Assembly: GCA_964391035.1 (NCBI GenBank) | Contig: CAYMLW010000002.1 | Span: forward strand, 1 to 53,509 | Reading direction: 5' to 3' | Source: an uncultured Gemmatimonadaceae bacterium | GTDB lineage: Bacteria > Gemmatimonadota > Gemmatimonadetes > Longimicrobiales > RSA9 | Length of the DNA: 53,509 nt | Shown: piece by piece, positions 16,761 to 25,864 of the stretch | Position numbering within the stretch: position 1 is the stretch's first letter | Layout of the letters: each line of letters starts with the position of its first letter | Translations under genes and position numbers: made by a program | Notes under the pieces: model-generated | Database searches by the model: none | What the model was told of the DNA's origin: nothing | What the model saw: the letters and a program-made list of their open reading frames with translations, nothing else

Positions 16761-17443
16761 TGCCGGCTCCCTTCGATCTCTACGCGATCGGACGACACGG
16801 CCACTCCCCAGAGCCGGCGTCCGGATTCCGTCCTGACCGCGACCCGATCCCCCGCCGCGGCGGTCCCCACGGCGACGCCCCGGGTCGTCACTTCCAGTCC
16901 TCGCCCGCGCCAGACCAGCGTGATGACGCGTCCGGCCACCACGGCGGCGGGCGGGGCCACGGCCGGGCGGCCCAGCAGGCTGCCGGCCTGGAGGCGCCGG
17001 GCCGTCTTCCAGCCGACCTCGACGGGCGTCGGCTCGGCGGAGCCCCATACCACGGTGTCCCGGAACGCGAGGTCGTCCGGCCCGAGCGTGGTGGCGCGAG
17101 GCAGGTCCCGGGCGGCCACGGCCACCGTGCGCCGGACGCCGGCCCGGAGCCGGCGCCGCACGGCGCCGCTCGGGCCATCGACTTCCACGACGAAGGCGCC
17201 ACGGATGCCGGAGCCCAGAAGACTCACAGCGCCTTCAGGGAGGACGGGTCCGGGGCCCCACTCGAGATGGACCCGGCCGGGCTCGACGGCCCATCGGTGG
17301 GCGATGGCGGCGACGACGGCCGACGGGGCGCTGGCGGGCACGGGGGCCTCGCCGTCGGGCTCCGACGGGGACTGGGCGGCGGCCGGCCCGACGAGGGCCA
17401 GCCCCAGCCCGATCACGATCAGTCCACGCCGCGCCAGGTTCAT
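16757..17443 (-). CDS. flgA: P-ring assembly chaperone FlgA
   Basis: Signal peptide present. C-terminal SAF-like 'AGRVITLVWRGRGLEVTTRGVAVGTAAAGDRVAVR' is seen. Sits in the flgA position upstream of flgH. Confidence 0.8.
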   Translation of the reverse strand: MNLARRGLIVIGLGLALVGPAAAQSPSEPDGEAPVPASAPSAVVAAIAHRWAVEPGRVHLEWGPGPVLPEGAVSLLGSGIRGAFVVEVDGPSGAVRRRLRAGVRRTVAVAARDLPRATTLGPDDLAFRDTVVWGSAEPTPVEVGWKTARRLQAGSLLGRPAVAPPAAVVAGRVITLVWRGRGLEVTTRGVAVGTAAAGDRVAVRTESGRRLWGVAVSSDRVEIEGSRQ

Positions 17444-18225
17444 CGGACCATGTGGGTGGCCGTCTGGGCCATCTCTTCGCTGGTCTTGACCGCCTGCGAG
17501 TTGATCTCGTACGCCCGCAGCGCGGCGATCATGTCGACCATCTCGGTGACGATCTCGACATTGCTCGCTTCCAGATGCCCCTGGATCACGCGGCCGAAGC
17601 CCTCGTCCTTCGGGTAGCCGGCCAGGGGCGGTCCGGAGGCCGGCGTCTCGGCGAACAGGTTCTCCCCGAGGGCCTGGAGGCCGGGGACGTTCGCGAACCG
17701 GGCCAGCTCGAGGCGTCCGATCTCGATCACGTCCGCCGCCGACCGCATCTGCACCGTGACCGCGCCCATCGGCGAGATGCTGATACCCGTGGCCTCCTCG
17801 GGAATCGTGATGCCCGGGAAGACCTCGTAGCCGCCGTGGGTGACCAGCGTGCCGTCGGCCGAGATGGTCAGACTCCCGTCCCGGGAGTACGCCATCTCGC
17901 CATTCGGCATCCGGATCTGGAAGAGCCCCTCGCCCTCGATGGCGAGGTCGAGGGGACGGCCGGTGTTCTCCAGCGGCCCCTGCCCTTCCATCCGCTGGAC
18001 GGCCGCCAGCCGCGTCCCCCGCCCCACCTGGACCGGATCCGTGGTTCCCTGGCCGGCGCCACCCACCCCCGGACCTTCCATGGTCTGGTACAGGAGGTCC
18101 TCGAAGTGGGCCCGGCTGCGCTTGAACCCCGTCGTGTTGACGTTCGCCAGGTTGTTGGAGATCACCTCCACGCGACGCTGCTGCGCCGCCATCCCCGTGG
18201 CCGCCGTGCGAATCGACGGATCCAT
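17440..18225 (-). CDS. flgG: distal rod protein FlgG
   Basis: 'MDPSIRTAATGMAAQQRRVEVISNNLANVNTTGFKRSR' and the C-terminal 'HLEASNVEIVTEMVDMIAALRAYE'. ATG 18225 is preceded by GAGGAGGAG. Confidence 0.95.
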   Translation of the reverse strand: MDPSIRTAATGMAAQQRRVEVISNNLANVNTTGFKRSRAHFEDLLYQTMEGPGVGGAGQGTTDPVQVGRGTRLAAVQRMEGQGPLENTGRPLDLAIEGEGLFQIRMPNGEMAYSRDGSLTISADGTLVTHGGYEVFPGITIPEEATGISISPMGAVTVQMRSAADVIEIGRLELARFANVPGLQALGENLFAETPASGPPLAGYPKDEGFGRVIQGHLEASNVEIVTEMVDMIAALRAYEINSQAVKTSEEMAQTATHMVR

Positions 18226-18262
18226 GACTCCTCCTCGTTCCGTATTCCCTGTCCGCTCCCGG

Positions 18263-18949
18263 TCAGCCGACCCGGCCAATCCGGTTCGCGGCCGTATCCA
18301 TCACGCTGTCCAGCGTGGTCACGCCCTTCTGGATCGCCGCGTAGTTGCGCTGCACCTCGAGCATCTCGACCAGTCCGTCCAGCGCCTGGACGTTGCTCTC
18401 CTCCAGCGACCCGTGGTGCAGCATCACCCGCTCGGGCTCCAGCACGGTCCGGGCATCGCTCGCCCACAGCCCACCACCGACCCGCCGAAGCGAATCCGCC
18501 GGTGCGTCCTCCACCCGCAGTCGGGCGATCTCCGTCCCGTCCGCCCGGATCGTTCCATCCTGCTCGATCACGATCTCACCGGCCTCCGGCACGACCACGG
18601 CTCCGTCCTCGCCCAGGACCGCGTTCCCGGCGCCGTCCACCAGCACACCCGCGGCGTCCAGCGACAGCGATCCTCCGCGGCGAAGGAGCTCTCCGTCCGG
18701 CGTCTCGACAACCAGGAACCCGGCGCCCTCCAGCGCCACGTCCAGCGGTCGGCCGGTGGCCCGCAGAGCCCCCTGGTCCCAGTCGGTGCGGGAGACCGCC
18801 GCCGGGCCGTCGTCGAGCAGCTCGGCGAACACCCTCTCGCCCTTGAATCCCGGCGTCTCGGTGTTCGCCACGTTGTTCGACGTCACCTGCTGCCGGCGCT
18901 CCCAGTAGGCGAGGGCCCGGGCCGCGGTGCGAAGGGGGTCGATGCTCAT
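18263..18949 (-). CDS. flgF: proximal rod protein FlgF
   Basis: 'QQVTSNNVANTETPGFKGERV' and the C-terminal 'LEESNVQALDGLVEMLEVQRNYAA'. ATG 18949 is preceded by GGAG. Confidence 0.85.
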   Translation of the reverse strand: MSIDPLRTAARALAYWERRQQVTSNNVANTETPGFKGERVFAELLDDGPAAVSRTDWDQGALRATGRPLDVALEGAGFLVVETPDGELLRRGGSLSLDAAGVLVDGAGNAVLGEDGAVVVPEAGEIVIEQDGTIRADGTEIARLRVEDAPADSLRRVGGGLWASDARTVLEPERVMLHHGSLEESNVQALDGLVEMLEVQRNYAAIQKGVTTLDSVMDTAANRIGRVG

Positions 18950-18986
18950 CGTTGTCTCCTTCCGTGCCTTTCCGCTCGCTGACAGT

Positions 18987-19002
18987 GGCAACGCGCGTGC
19001 CC
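18987..19002 (-). promoter_or_regulatory. sigma-54 (-24/-12) promoter candidate for the flgF operon
   Basis: Minus strand reads GGGCACG-CGCG-TTGCC, with GG-N10-GC spacing exact against TGGCACG-N4-TTGCW. The -12 element ends about 38 nt upstream of the flgF ATG. Confidence 0.55.
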
Positions 19003-19082
19003 ATCCGGACCGGCTCTCGCAATCGTGTGCATCTGGCTTATTGCCAACATGTTACGACGCGTTCCCGGCGAATCCGCGGCCG

Positions 19083-19595
19083 TCACCGCGCGCCCATGCG
19101 GCGGAAGCTTCTTCCCCTACCGGCAACTCCATCCGGGCCAGAGACCCGGGCCAGGAGGGTGACGGCGTCCCGGGGGAGCGCCGTCTGGCGGGCGACGTCC
19201 AGGGCGAAGACGCCCTTGCGGGCCATGTCGCGGGCCTGGATGACGCGGCGGTCGGGGGTTCGCGTGCTGCGGCGAGGTTCCGGTGTCTGGGGGTCCCGGC
19301 GCAGGACGGCGGCGAGGCCGATGCCGACTCCGGCGGCGCAGATCACGATGATCAGCGATGCGGTCGGGGAGAGCGCGGCCCATGTGGCCACGTTCTCGAG
19401 GCCGGTGTCGATCCCGGCGACGGTCCGGAGGCGGGTGGCCTCCCACCCCAGGGCCCGAAGTCCGGCCTGGGCATCGTGGCTGAGGGCCTTGCCCGCCCGG
19501 TCCAGGGTCGAGGCGTCGGGGATCGGGAAGCGTGAGGCCACCAGTGCGACGGCCGCGCCGAGCCCAGCGGTGATGAACGTCTTGATTCTGTTCAT
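19083..19595 (-). CDS. hypothetical membrane protein translationally coupled to fliA
   Basis: The ATG at 19595 overlaps the fliA stop (ATGA). 170 aa with an N-terminal hydrophobic segment, a central TM 'LIIVICAAGVGIGLAAVL' and a basic C-terminal tail. No family recognised. Confidence 0.5.
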   Translation of the reverse strand: MNRIKTFITAGLGAAVALVASRFPIPDASTLDRAGKALSHDAQAGLRALGWEATRLRTVAGIDTGLENVATWAALSPTASLIIVICAAGVGIGLAAVLRRDPQTPEPRRSTRTPDRRVIQARDMARKGVFALDVARQTALPRDAVTLLARVSGPDGVAGRGRSFRRMGAR

Positions 19596-20356
19596 GCCGT
19601 GACCTCCCTGAGATGCCCGATTCGGGCTCGCAGTGTCTTGATGGTCTTGGACCGGATCTGCGAGATCCGGGACTCGGTGACACCGAGGATCTGGGCGATC
19701 TGGTGCATCTTGAGACCCTCGTGGTAGTAGAGCGCGAGGATGGTCCGCTCGCGTTCGGGCAGCTCGGCGATGGCTTCGGCGAGGATATCGACTTCCTCGT
19801 CGTGATTGAGGCGCTTTTCGGTTTCCTCCCCTACCGCACCGGGAATGACCTCGACGGTCGTGACCTGCCGCGTGCCGCCGGGGAGGGGTGCATCGAGGGC
19901 GACGTGCACCGCGTCGGCGGCATCGGATTCCCACCGACAGACCGTCTCGAGGTCCAGGTCGAGCTCCTCGGCGATCTCGACCCGGGTCGGCGCCCGTCCG
20001 AGCTGTGTGGCCAGCACCTCACGGGCCTGGGCCAGGGACCGCTGCTTGCGCCGGACCGAACGGGGCACGTGATCCCAGCGCCGGAGGTGATCGAGGATGG
20101 CGCCCCGGATCCGGGGGGTGGCGAAGGTACTGAATGCCAGGCCGCGGTCGGGGTCGAAGCCTTCGACGGCGTTGATCAGGCCCACAGTGCCGGCGCTGAC
20201 GAGGTCGTCGAGATCGAGCTTGCCGCGGATCCGCTTCCAGTGCTTTCGCGCCACGTACCGGACGAGGGGCAGGTGCTCCTCGACGAGTCGGTCCCGAGCC
20301 GTCGGGTCGCCGTCACTCTGATACGCTTGCCAGAGAGCTGTCTCAGTCATGATCAC
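19592..20356 (-). CDS. fliA: flagellar sigma factor sigma-28 (FliA/SigD)
   Basis: Region 2 'LVEEHLPLVRYVARK'. Region 4 HTH 'LKMHQIAQILGVTESRISQIRSK'. The start is GTG 20356 (GTGA overlap with flhG) or ATG 20350. Confidence 0.9.
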   Translation of the reverse strand: MIMTETALWQAYQSDGDPTARDRLVEEHLPLVRYVARKHWKRIRGKLDLDDLVSAGTVGLINAVEGFDPDRGLAFSTFATPRIRGAILDHLRRWDHVPRSVRRKQRSLAQAREVLATQLGRAPTRVEIAEELDLDLETVCRWESDAADAVHVALDAPLPGGTRQVTTVEVIPGAVGEETEKRLNHDEEVDILAEAIAELPERERTILALYYHEGLKMHQIAQILGVTESRISQIRSKTIKTLRARIGHLREVTA

Positions 20357-21129
20357 TTCATCAGGTGCAGAGTCGAAGGCCCGCCATTCCGGGCTGGCCG
20401 CAGCAGTCGGGCGGCGGCGGTGGCTGCGGCTTCCATCAAGGCCGGCTCGGCCTGGTCTAGGGCGGTCCAGAGCGGCTCGACCTCGAGGGTCGGTGCCGCC
20501 GGCAGGTGCCCGAGCCAGGAGACCGGTCGGTCGGTGAAGCGGCGCACGCCGGAGCGGAAGGCGTGCTGTACGAGGCCGGCCTGTTCCAGGTCGGCGGCGT
20601 TCGCGAGCCCGGCGACGGTGGTCTCCGGGCGGAGCCGCCAGGCGTACTTGGCCAGCGCGAAGCCGGCGGCCGGGGACACGCCGTCGGGCCCCATGACGGC
20701 GATCAGGCTGGCCCCGAAGTCGAGGAGTGCGCCGCCGATGGTGGCCGGCCGGGCGCCGGCATCGACGATCAGCGTGGTCCCCGGGTCGACGCGACCGGCG
20801 CGGCGCAGCGCGCTCCGTCGTTCGGCATCGGTGAGGCCCGGCAGGGTATCGATCAGGACCAGGTCCGGATCCAGTTCGGTTCGCCGGACGGGCTCGCCGT
20901 CCGGGTCGGGCCCGGCCAGGCCCAGCAGATGGGCGGGGCCACCGAATCCGCCCTGGGCGTCTATGAGGACCACGGGACCGAAGCGGCGCCCGGCGAAGGC
21001 CAGGAGGAGCGCTACGGAGGAGGTGCCCACGCCCCCCTTCCCGGCCGCTACCACGTGGCCGGTGCCCGGGACCCGTGGCGGCCTGGTTCGATCCACGAAG
21101 CGGCGGATCCCCTGCGCCTGAGTGCTCAT
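20353..21129 (-). CDS. flhG: FlhG/MinD-family flagellar number regulator with atypical Walker A
   Basis: Sits in the flhG position between flhF and fliA. The N-terminal 'TQAQGIRR' resembles the FlhF-activating DQAxxLR. The deviant Walker A reads GKGGVGTS (21019..21042; the codon is ACC, not Lys). Confidence 0.65.
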   Translation of the reverse strand: MSTQAQGIRRFVDRTRPPRVPGTGHVVAAGKGGVGTSSVALLLAFAGRRFGPVVLIDAQGGFGGPAHLLGLAGPDPDGEPVRRTELDPDLVLIDTLPGLTDAERRSALRRAGRVDPGTTLIVDAGARPATIGGALLDFGASLIAVMGPDGVSPAAGFALAKYAWRLRPETTVAGLANAADLEQAGLVQHAFRSGVRRFTDRPVSWLGHLPAAPTLEVEPLWTALDQAEPALMEAAATAAARLLRPARNGGPSTLHLMK

Positions 21130-21947
21130 CCTACCAGCCTCGTCCGAGCCGCTTCCGCGGCACGGGCTGCGGTGGTGAGCATGCCGACGCCACCCCGACG
21201 CAGGTCGTGGGGGACCTCCTGTCCGTCACAGGACCAGCGGACGGGCAGCCGGACGGCCTCCGCGACGGAGGCCGCGCCGTTGGCATCCGGCATCTCGTCG
21301 AGCTTGGTGACCAGGAGGTGCGTGAGGCCACAGTCCATATAGCCGTCGCGGTGGGCCTTCCCCACGCGGGGCTGGATCGTGGCCGGGAGCACCAGGTGCA
21401 CCTCATCGGGCTGCGTGCGGTCGAGAGCCACTCGCCACTGGGTGAAGCTGGTGCTTGTGGGGCTGCGACCCGGGGCATCGACGATCACGATGTCGCATTC
21501 GGCGAGGGCGGCCATGGCGGGCTCGACATCGCCGGCGTGGTACGCCGCCTCGAAGGGCGCGCCCATGATGTCTGCATACATCTGGAGCTGCTCGAGGGCG
21601 CCGACCCGGTAGGTGTCGAGGCTCAGGAACCCGACCCGGTTGTCGCCGTAGGCGTCGCCGTGGAGGGCCAGCTTGGCCGCGGTGGTGGTCTTGCCGGCGC
21701 CGGTCGGGCCGACCAGCGCGACCACGCGGGGCCGTCCCATGGGTCCGTTATCGCCGATCCGGATCGGCTCCGGCTCCACGCCCTCGAGGTCGAAGGGCAG
21801 CACGAGCTCGGCGGGCGCGGCCACGATCTCGACACTGTTGGCCGATCGCCGGGCCGTGTGGATGATCATCGCGTCTTCCCCGAGCGTCGCACGGACCCGA
21901 TCGAGGGCCGTGCTCATGTCGGGGCCGTGGAAGGTATCAAGTTCCAT
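21126..21947 (-). CDS. flhF: SRP-type GTPase FlhF (short form)
   Basis: G1 'GPTGAGKTTT', G2 'DTYRVGA', G3 'DAPGRS' and G4 'VTKLDE'. It is only 273 aa, so it has little or no basic N-terminal domain. Confidence 0.85.
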   Translation of the reverse strand: MELDTFHGPDMSTALDRVRATLGEDAMIIHTARRSANSVEIVAAPAELVLPFDLEGVEPEPIRIGDNGPMGRPRVVALVGPTGAGKTTTAAKLALHGDAYGDNRVGFLSLDTYRVGALEQLQMYADIMGAPFEAAYHAGDVEPAMAALAECDIVIVDAPGRSPTSTSFTQWRVALDRTQPDEVHLVLPATIQPRVGKAHRDGYMDCGLTHLLVTKLDEMPDANGAASVAEAVRLPVRWSCDGQEVPHDLRRGGVGMLTTAARAAEAARTRLVG

Positions 21948-24027
21948 GGTCCAGCTCCCAGACCGCTACGGTCGTAAGGGTCACATTCGTGGGCAGCTCG
22001 GCGAGGGAGACCACCGGGATCTTCGGCAGGACCGGCTCGAGGAGCCGACGCACGCCGACGCGCAGTCCCGGAGGCGTGACGATCGGCGGCGTGATGCCGT
22101 CGATGGTGTGCTCGCGTGTGATCCGATCCACCTCGCGCAGAGCGGTGGTCAGCGTGTCCGGTCGGAGCATGCTGTCCGGACGGCCCTGGCGGGGCGAGAA
22201 GAAGTTCATGAGCGCCGCTTCCAGGTGCGGTCCGACGGCCACACCGCGGACCTCGCCGTTCTGGTCGGCGTAAAGTTCGCCGATGACGTGGGTGAGGGCG
22301 CCGCGCACGTGCTCGGTCAGCGCTTCCGGGTCCTGGGTCCGTTCCGCCGCGTCGGCCAGACTCTCGAGAACGGTGATCAGGTCGCGGAGCGGGATCCGCT
22401 CCCGCAGCAGCCGCTGAAGCACCCGGTGGATCACACCGAGACTCAGGCGGTTCGGCACCACGTCCTCGACCAGCGCGGGGTGCGTCTCCTTGAGCCGGTC
22501 CAGCATCTCCCGCACGTCCTGGCGGCCCAGCAGGTCGGCGCTGTTGTCCTTCAGCGTCTCCATCAGGTGCGTGGCGACCACGGTCGGCGGCTCGACCACC
22601 ACGTAGCCGCTCGCCTCCGCCTCGCCGCGCACGGCCGGGGAGATCCAGCGCGCTGGCATGCCGAAGCTCGGATCGGCCGTCTCGATGCCATCGACGGGCT
22701 CGAGCACGCCGCCGGCGTCCAGTGCCAGGATGTGCCTCGGGACCAGCTGCCAGCGGGTCACCTCGGTGCCTCTTACCCGGACCACGTACTGAGACGGGTC
22801 CAGGCGCGCGTCGTCCCGGATCCGGATCGGCGGGATCAGCACGCCGAGCTCCTGGGCGGCCTGCTTGCGCAGGATACGGATCCGTTCCAGCAGGTCCCCG
22901 CCCTGCTCATGGTCGACCAGCCCGATCAGACCGTACCCCAGTTGGAGCTCGACCTTGTCCGTCTGGATCAGGTCCTGGACCGGGTCGTCCGGCGGGAGCG
23001 GCTGTTCCTGCCCACGGTGGAACTCGGCCTCCGCCTGCCGGGCCTCCGCTTTCCCCTGCCGGTCCATGCCCCAGGCCAGGCCGGCACCGCCGGCGGCCAG
23101 GGTGAGGAAGGGCAGGAGCGGGAGTCCGGGCACGAGGCCCAGGGTGCCCAGGAAGCCGGAGGCGATCCACATCGGCGTGGGGTGGCGGCCCACCTGCCTG
23201 AGCAGCGCCGCGCCCACACGGGCCTCGCCGGCCGAGTGGGTCACCATGATGCCGGCCGCGGTGCTGACGATGAGCGCCGGAATCTGGGTCACGAGGCCGT
23301 CGCCCACGGTGAGGAGCGTGTATTCCGTCAGCGCGGCCCCGGCGGGCATCCCCCGCTGGACCACGCCCACGAAGAGGCCGCCGAGGATGTTGATGGCCGT
23401 GATCAGCAGCCCGGCGATGGCGTCGCCGCGGACGAACTTGGCCGCGCCGTCCATGGCGCCGTAGAAGTCGGCCTCCCGGGAGATCTTCTCACGCTGGAGG
23501 CGGGCCTCGTCGTCATCGATGAGTCCGGCGCTCAGATCGGCGTCAATGCTCATCTGACGACCGGGCATGGCGTCCAGCGTGAAGCGCGCCGCCACCTCGG
23601 CCACGCGGCCGGCGCCTTTCGTGATGACAATGAAGTTGATGGCCACCAGGATCAGAAAGACCACGATCCCGACCGCGTAGTTCCCGCCAATGACGAACGC
23701 CCCGAAGGCCTCGATGACCCGGCCCGCGCTGCCGTCGCCGAGGATCAGGCGAGTGCTGCTCACGTTCAGCGCCAGGCGGTAGAGGGTCATGAGGAGAAGC
23801 ACCGCCGGGAACACGCTGAACTCGAGGGGATTGGTCGTGTTCAGCGAAACCAGCAGTACCAACAGCGAGGTCGCGATGCTGAGGGCCAGGAGGAGGTCCA
23901 GCAGCACCGGCGAGAGGGGCACGACGAGGAGGGCGACCACGGCCACGATGCCGATGATCACGCCCGCTTCGGCCGCGCTGCGCCAGCGCGGCTCGGCCAC
24001 CGCCAGGGCCCCCGCCACCGTGCTCAT
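21937..24027 (-). CDS. flhA: flagellar type III export gate protein FlhA
   Basis: 696 aa. 'FPAVLLLMTLYRLALNVSSTRLIL', 'FVIGGNYAVG', 'RFTLDAMPGRQMSIDADL' and 'FYGAMDGAAKFVRGDAIA' are FlhA hallmarks. Confidence 0.97.
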   Translation of the reverse strand: MSTVAGALAVAEPRWRSAAEAGVIIGIVAVVALLVVPLSPVLLDLLLALSIATSLLVLLVSLNTTNPLEFSVFPAVLLLMTLYRLALNVSSTRLILGDGSAGRVIEAFGAFVIGGNYAVGIVVFLILVAINFIVITKGAGRVAEVAARFTLDAMPGRQMSIDADLSAGLIDDDEARLQREKISREADFYGAMDGAAKFVRGDAIAGLLITAINILGGLFVGVVQRGMPAGAALTEYTLLTVGDGLVTQIPALIVSTAAGIMVTHSAGEARVGAALLRQVGRHPTPMWIASGFLGTLGLVPGLPLLPFLTLAAGGAGLAWGMDRQGKAEARQAEAEFHRGQEQPLPPDDPVQDLIQTDKVELQLGYGLIGLVDHEQGGDLLERIRILRKQAAQELGVLIPPIRIRDDARLDPSQYVVRVRGTEVTRWQLVPRHILALDAGGVLEPVDGIETADPSFGMPARWISPAVRGEAEASGYVVVEPPTVVATHLMETLKDNSADLLGRQDVREMLDRLKETHPALVEDVVPNRLSLGVIHRVLQRLLRERIPLRDLITVLESLADAAERTQDPEALTEHVRGALTHVIGELYADQNGEVRGVAVGPHLEAALMNFFSPRQGRPDSMLRPDTLTTALREVDRITREHTIDGITPPIVTPPGLRVGVRRLLEPVLPKIPVVSLAELPTNVTLTTVAVWELDHGT

Positions 24028-25109
24028 GCCACCACCTCATCCAGGCCGAGCGACCCGCGCTGGCGGATCACGTAGGCCAGCACCTCGGCCACGGCCACGT
24101 ACAGCTCCGTCGGGATCGGCTCGCCGACCCGGCCGGTGGCCAAGAGGGCCCGAGCCAGCGGCTTGTTCTCCATGATCGGGAGCCCGAGGTCCCGGGCGAT
24201 CTCCTTGATCCGTTCCGCCACCTTCCGCTCCCCCATGGCCACGATCACCGGCGCCGCTACCTCCTCCGGGCGGTAGCGTAGCGCCACGGCGACATGGGTC
24301 GGATTCGTGACCACCAGGTCGGCATCCGGTAGCCTGTCGAACATGCGCCGACGGGCCCGCTCCCGGCCGATGGTGCGACGCCGAGCCTTCAGGATCGCGT
24401 CGCCGTCCTGTTCCTTCTGCTCCCGTTTGATCTCCTCCTTGCTCATCTTGAGCTGCTTCTCGTGCTGCCAGACCTGATAGGCGTAGTCGGCCAGCGCGAC
24501 CACCAGGTAGGCGAGCCCTGCGGCGAGGAGCAGGCGGACGGCCTGGCTCTTGATCTGTACGGCCAGCGCGAGCGGCGACTTCGAGGCCAGGTCGCCCGCC
24601 GTCTCGAGGGCGCCGGTGATGATCGGGTAGAGAACGGCGCCGATGACGGCGAGCTTGAGGAGCGACTTGGCCAGGTCGGCCCATGGCTTGATCCCGTACA
24701 GCTTCTTGATGTTCTTGTGCGGAGCGATCCGCTCGAGCTTCGGTTCCAGCGGCTTGGCGCTCAGGACGCCCCGGGCCTGGAACCCCGCCACGAGGGCGGC
24801 GGTGGCGGTGAGGGCCATCAGGACGGGGATCAGGGCACCGGCCACGTGGCCCCCGACGTCGCCCAGGAGCCGGTCGAACCCCTCCACGGTCTCCGGCGCG
24901 GCGGGGCCCATGAGCATGAGGCGCTGGAAGGAGTCGATCAGCACCCCACCCAGGGAACCACCGGCCACGGCTATGGTCCCGGCCGCGGCCAGCAGCATGA
25001 TGGCGGTCGTGAGCTCCTGGCTCCTCGGGACCTGCCCCTCCTTCCGGGCGTCCTCACGGCGGCGCCGGGTCGGGGCCTCGGTCTTCTCCTGGAACGAGGC
25101 GTCCGACAT
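24024..25109 (-). CDS. flhB: flagellar export switch protein FlhB
   Basis: 'EKTEAPTRRRREDARKEGQVPRSQEL' at the N-terminus and the autocleavage site 'VVTNPTHVAVAL'. Confidence 0.95.
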   Translation of the reverse strand: MSDASFQEKTEAPTRRRREDARKEGQVPRSQELTTAIMLLAAAGTIAVAGGSLGGVLIDSFQRLMLMGPAAPETVEGFDRLLGDVGGHVAGALIPVLMALTATAALVAGFQARGVLSAKPLEPKLERIAPHKNIKKLYGIKPWADLAKSLLKLAVIGAVLYPIITGALETAGDLASKSPLALAVQIKSQAVRLLLAAGLAYLVVALADYAYQVWQHEKQLKMSKEEIKREQKEQDGDAILKARRRTIGRERARRRMFDRLPDADLVVTNPTHVAVALRYRPEEVAAPVIVAMGERKVAERIKEIARDLGLPIMENKPLARALLATGRVGEPIPTELYVAVAEVLAYVIRQRGSLGLDEVVA

Positions 25110-25864
25110 CAGCGGCCTCCTCCGAGTGAGCCGAGGGCGTTCTCGAGCCAGGCCAGGTAGCTGGCCGCCCAGTCGCTCTGGCCCACGGCGATGTATGGAA
25201 TGGTCAGCGCGAGGGTGGCCAGGCCGAGGGCGATCTGGAGGGGGAACGCCATCATCAGCACGTTCAGCTGCGGGACCGTCCGGGCCAGGATCCCCAGGCC
25301 GACGTTCGCCAGGGTCACCGCCGCCACGACCGGCGCCGCGAACTGGAGGCCCCGGGCGAACACGATGCTGCCCGCGGAGACCACGCTCGGGATCCCGCCC
25401 TCCAGGGCCAGCACCGCTCCGGGGGGGATCGCGAGGAAGCTCTCCCGGAGCGCATCGATCATGATCAGATGTCCGTTCATGGCCAGGAGCAGCATCACCA
25501 TGAAGAGCTGGGTGAGCTGCCCGAGGACCGGGAGGTGGACCTGATTGATCACGTCCAGCGTCGACGCGCCGGACAGCCCGACCTGGACCGCGAGCAGGTC
25601 GCCGGCGAACTCGGCCGCCGCGACTACGAGGGCCGCCCCGAGTCCGATGATCACGCCCACCACCAGCTCGCCGGCCAGCGCCCGAATCGAGGGCTCGACG
25701 GGTCGGACATGGGGTGCCAGAAAGACCGTCAGTGTCAGGATCACGCCCACCCGGACGGGGACGGGGATCGCCCGACTCGAGAACATCGGCGCGACCAGCA
25801 GGAGCCCGGTCACGCGCGTGGCCACGAGGGCGGCGCCGCCCAGTCCGAGTGTGAGAGCGTTCAC
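25109..25864 (-). CDS. fliR: flagellar export apparatus protein FliR
   Basis: The GTG at 25864 overlaps the fliQ stop (GTGA). 251 aa, polytopic. 'LVATRVTGLLLVAPMFSSRAIP' is a typical FliR N-terminus. The 473-aa track ORF is an upstream read-through. Confidence 0.9.
   Translation of the reverse strand: MNALTLGLGGAALVATRVTGLLLVAPMFSSRAIPVPVRVGVILTLTVFLAPHVRPVEPSIRALAGELVVGVIIGLGAALVVAAAEFAGDLLAVQVGLSGASTLDVINQVHLPVLGQLTQLFMVMLLLAMNGHLIMIDALRESFLAIPPGAVLALEGGIPSVVSAGSIVFARGLQFAAPVVAAVTLANVGLGILARTVPQLNVLMMAFPLQIALGLATLALTIPYIAVGQSDWAASYLAWLENALGSLGGGR

Noticed and set aside
16761-17048. N-terminal extensions given by the ORF track for flgH (to 17048), fliR (to 26530), flgK (to 14424), flgG (to 18279), flgF (to 18991), flgB (to 40963), cheR (to 47227), the lipoprotein (to 1788) and the fliA-coupled orf (to 19934).
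   Set aside because: The extensions are Arg/Pro/Gly-rich and overlap the preceding gene extensively. They lack a Shine-Dalgarno. Internal starts coincide with ATGA/GTGA stop overlaps, good SD sequences and the expected N-terminal family motifs.
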